From positions 1 to 36,202 of IMG/VR virus record IMGVR_UViG_3300046050_000095: 36,202 nucleotides of DNA; one strand, written 5' to 3'. Below the pieces are notes generated by a model, which was given only the letters and a program-made list of their open reading frames with translations, searched no databases and was not told the origin of the DNA. Position 1 is the first letter of the stretch; each line of letters starts with the position of its first letter. The stretch comes from a virus (taxonomy: Duplodnaviria > Caudoviricetes). Made by a program: the position numbers and the translations under genes. This document shows, one piece after another, positions 34,052 through 36,202 of this stretch.

Positions 34052-36202
34052 ATGGCAGACCAGCAAGAGGTAGCAGTACGCACCACCGAGGCGGACACGG
34101 GTGCGGAGCAGCAGCGCGCGGATGACCTCCGCGAAGCGAAGGACCGGGCCGCACAGAAGGCCGCCGAAAGCGCGAGCGCCGCGCAGTCCGCGCAGGGGGC
34201 CCGTGACACCGCACTCGCCAGTGTGGACGCTGCCGAGGCGGCAGCGGCAGACGTTGGTGCGCTCGGGGGGATCGGTGGTACCGTATCGACTTCTGGCGAC
34301 TTACCCGATCCTGGCCCGCGGTCGGGAGAGTGGTGGTACGTCGTGGACGATACGGACTACTACACCTCTGACGGGTCGTCGTGGTCGCAGACGGGCACGG
34401 GCATCATTGCGCGAGATGACTTGAACCGGCGCTACTTCGACGCCGCCGCGTATGGAGCCATTGGTGACGGATCTGTCGATGATACGGCGGCGATTCAGGC
34501 CGCTATTGACGCAGTGCAAGCGGATGGCGGAGGCACCGTCTACTTGCCACGCGGCACGTATCGCATTACGGACCGCCTGCTGATAGAAGCGCACTACGTC
34601 CACCTGCGCGGGGCCGGGCGTGGGGCGACGACGCTCAAAGTCGAGGATGCCGGCAACGACTGGACCGGCTTCGAGCTTGACCCGAATAGCTCAATCCCCG
34701 ACAAAAAAGCGGCAGTAGTCTTTAGCAGCGTCAGCGGTGGAAGCGTAGAAGGCCTCGGCGTGGACGGGAGTGGGTTCACGTACACGGAAGACTCACAGGA
34801 GGATGCGTGTGGGGTGCTCGTGCATGATAGCACACAGGTGGATGTTGTGTCCTGCCGCGTCACCGACGTTTTCCCGAGTCATTGGTCAACCTTCGGCGGG
34901 GAAAATGACGGCGCGCAGCTACGGTACAACGGCGTGCTTTTCATGAGGTCGAAGGGATGCGCGGCACGCTATTGCCGTGTGGACAACATCAAATACGACG
35001 GGATCACCGCGCGGGTGGGAAACGACTCGATCACCTTTGAGGGCAACTGGGTGAGCCGATGCTTCGAGTGCTTCCAATGCACGCAGCGGTATGGGCAGGC
35101 CGATCCGCAGGACCCCGCAGACAAATACAACCGCCACATACGCATCATAGCAAACTATGCGGTCGCGTCGAGAAATGGCGCGGGCGCTATCACCCTACAC
35201 TCTGCGCACTCCATCGTACAGGGCAACACCTGCTACGGGAGCACCGATGGGTCGGCAGCTATTGAGCTTCGGAGAAACAGCGAGTACGTCACGGTGACGG
35301 CCAACACCATCACCAACCCCGAAGCGGATCATGCGCAGCTCGAAAGCAACGACAACCAAGGTATCGAGGTCAACGCTTGCTCACGAATCACGATCACGGG
35401 TAATGCGATCTCTTACGTAGACACCGCCCTTCTGCTCGACGGCCCGGCGGTAAAATACATCCAAGCATCCAATAATACCGTTCGGTGGGTCAACAGAGGC
35501 ATCAACCACGATGCGGGGTCGGTGCCGAGATTGAATCTGATCGCTACGGCGAACATCATCCACAACGCTGCGCGACGTGGGATTACCGTTCAGGGCGCCG
35601 AGGTCACGCTCACCGACAACATCATCTATGGCCTGAGAGAGTCCGGCTCTGTCGGGATCGACATCAACCCGAGCCGGGAAGGAGGAATGGAAGACGTGGA
35701 GATCAAGGGAAACTACGTCCGGCGTATGGAAACGCCTTGGACCGGCCTCTACCCCTACGGCTACCGCACGGTCGGTATCATCCAGGGGCCATACAGCGTC
35801 AGGTCATCAGGCGTCTCTTCGGACGGGTCTTGGACGCTCATAGATGGGCTCGGCTCGATGGCACTGCGCCCCGGTGGGGTCAATAGCCAGCTTCGCACCG
35901 GCACGGGGATGATCCGGATAGAGGGCTTCAGTCCTGGTGATACCATCACGATCCAGATAGCTGACCCTGGACGAGATATTCTTCTTACGGAAACGGTCTA
36001 CGAGGTCCCCGACAAATCGAACGGAAACGAGTTTGTAAAGCTAGACGGGCCGATCAAGGGCGAGAGCAAAGACGTGCAGTTCTGGGCGGTGCACGTGAAG
36101 TCTGACACCTCGTCTGGCAGTGCTCTCGTAGACCCTTACAAAAGCACAGTAGAGATCGTCGAGAACCTCAACGATGCAGAGCTTTCGGAAGTCAGGTATT
36201 GA
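34052..36202 (+). CDS. Tail spike/receptor-binding protein with pectate-lyase-like beta-helix
   Basis: YGAIGDGSVDDTAAIQAAID...GGTVYLPRGTYRI and many I..N.I rungs; Ala-rich N-terminal anchor; the stop codon ends on the last base of the window. Confidence 0.88.
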   Translation: MADQQEVAVRTTEADTGAEQQRADDLREAKDRAAQKAAESASAAQSAQGARDTALASVDAAEAAAADVGALGGIGGTVSTSGDLPDPGPRSGEWWYVVDDTDYYTSDGSSWSQTGTGIIARDDLNRRYFDAAAYGAIGDGSVDDTAAIQAAIDAVQADGGGTVYLPRGTYRITDRLLIEAHYVHLRGAGRGATTLKVEDAGNDWTGFELDPNSSIPDKKAAVVFSSVSGGSVEGLGVDGSGFTYTEDSQEDACGVLVHDSTQVDVVSCRVTDVFPSHWSTFGGENDGAQLRYNGVLFMRSKGCAARYCRVDNIKYDGITARVGNDSITFEGNWVSRCFECFQCTQRYGQADPQDPADKYNRHIRIIANYAVASRNGAGAITLHSAHSIVQGNTCYGSTDGSAAIELRRNSEYVTVTANTITNPEADHAQLESNDNQGIEVNACSRITITGNAISYVDTALLLDGPAVKYIQASNNTVRWVNRGINHDAGSVPRLNLIATANIIHNAARRGITVQGAEVTLTDNIIYGLRESGSVGIDINPSREGGMEDVEIKGNYVRRMETPWTGLYPYGYRTVGIIQGPYSVRSSGVSSDGSWTLIDGLGSMALRPGGVNSQLRTGTGMIRIEGFSPGDTITIQIADPGRDILLTETVYEVPDKSNGNEFVKLDGPIKGESKDVQFWAVHVKSDTSSGSALVDPYKSTVEIVENLNDAELSEVRY

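Larger units (their letters stand above)
1..36202. mobile_element. Mu-like transposable prophage with a siphovirus-type tail; both ends lie outside the window
   Basis: Co-linear repressor, DDE transposase, AAA ATPase, GemA, Mor, gp26-gp30-like, protease I, gp36 and gpG-like genes; no integrase or tail sheath seen. Confidence 0.95.

Overview
The window is almost entirely one Mu-like (transposable) prophage in a GC-rich host; neither prophage end is visible. Left to right: (1) a truncated lipoprotein gene and an XRE-HTH/S24-peptidase repressor on the minus strand; (2) a divergent early region with Cro/Ner-like and CII-like regulators, MuA-type DDE transposase, MuB-type AAA ATPase, several HTH proteins, a MazG-like pyrophosphatase, GemA and Mor/C; (3) a small accessory cluster; (4) a lysis and head block with endolysin fusion, gp25/gp26-like genes, terminases, portal, an inserted fibre cassette, gpF with a nuclease-like tail, protease/scaffold, cement and major capsid; (5) a sheath-less tail block with tube, G/GT frameshift chaperone, 1365-aa tape measure, tip proteins and a beta-helix tail spike. 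Leaders are pyrimidine-rich without Shine-Dalgarno motifs and many proteins are acidic, suggesting a halophilic Rhodothermota/Bacteroidota-like host (inference). Most striking: the major capsid ORF starts with a classic Sec-type signal peptide; the endolysin is fused in frame to a duplicated helical domain that may have its own start; an identical 19-bp motif lies 19 nt upstream of a -10-like box at both late operons; gpF carries a PBECR-like nuclease with no adjacent immunity gene. All family calls come from recognising motifs by eye, not from database searches.
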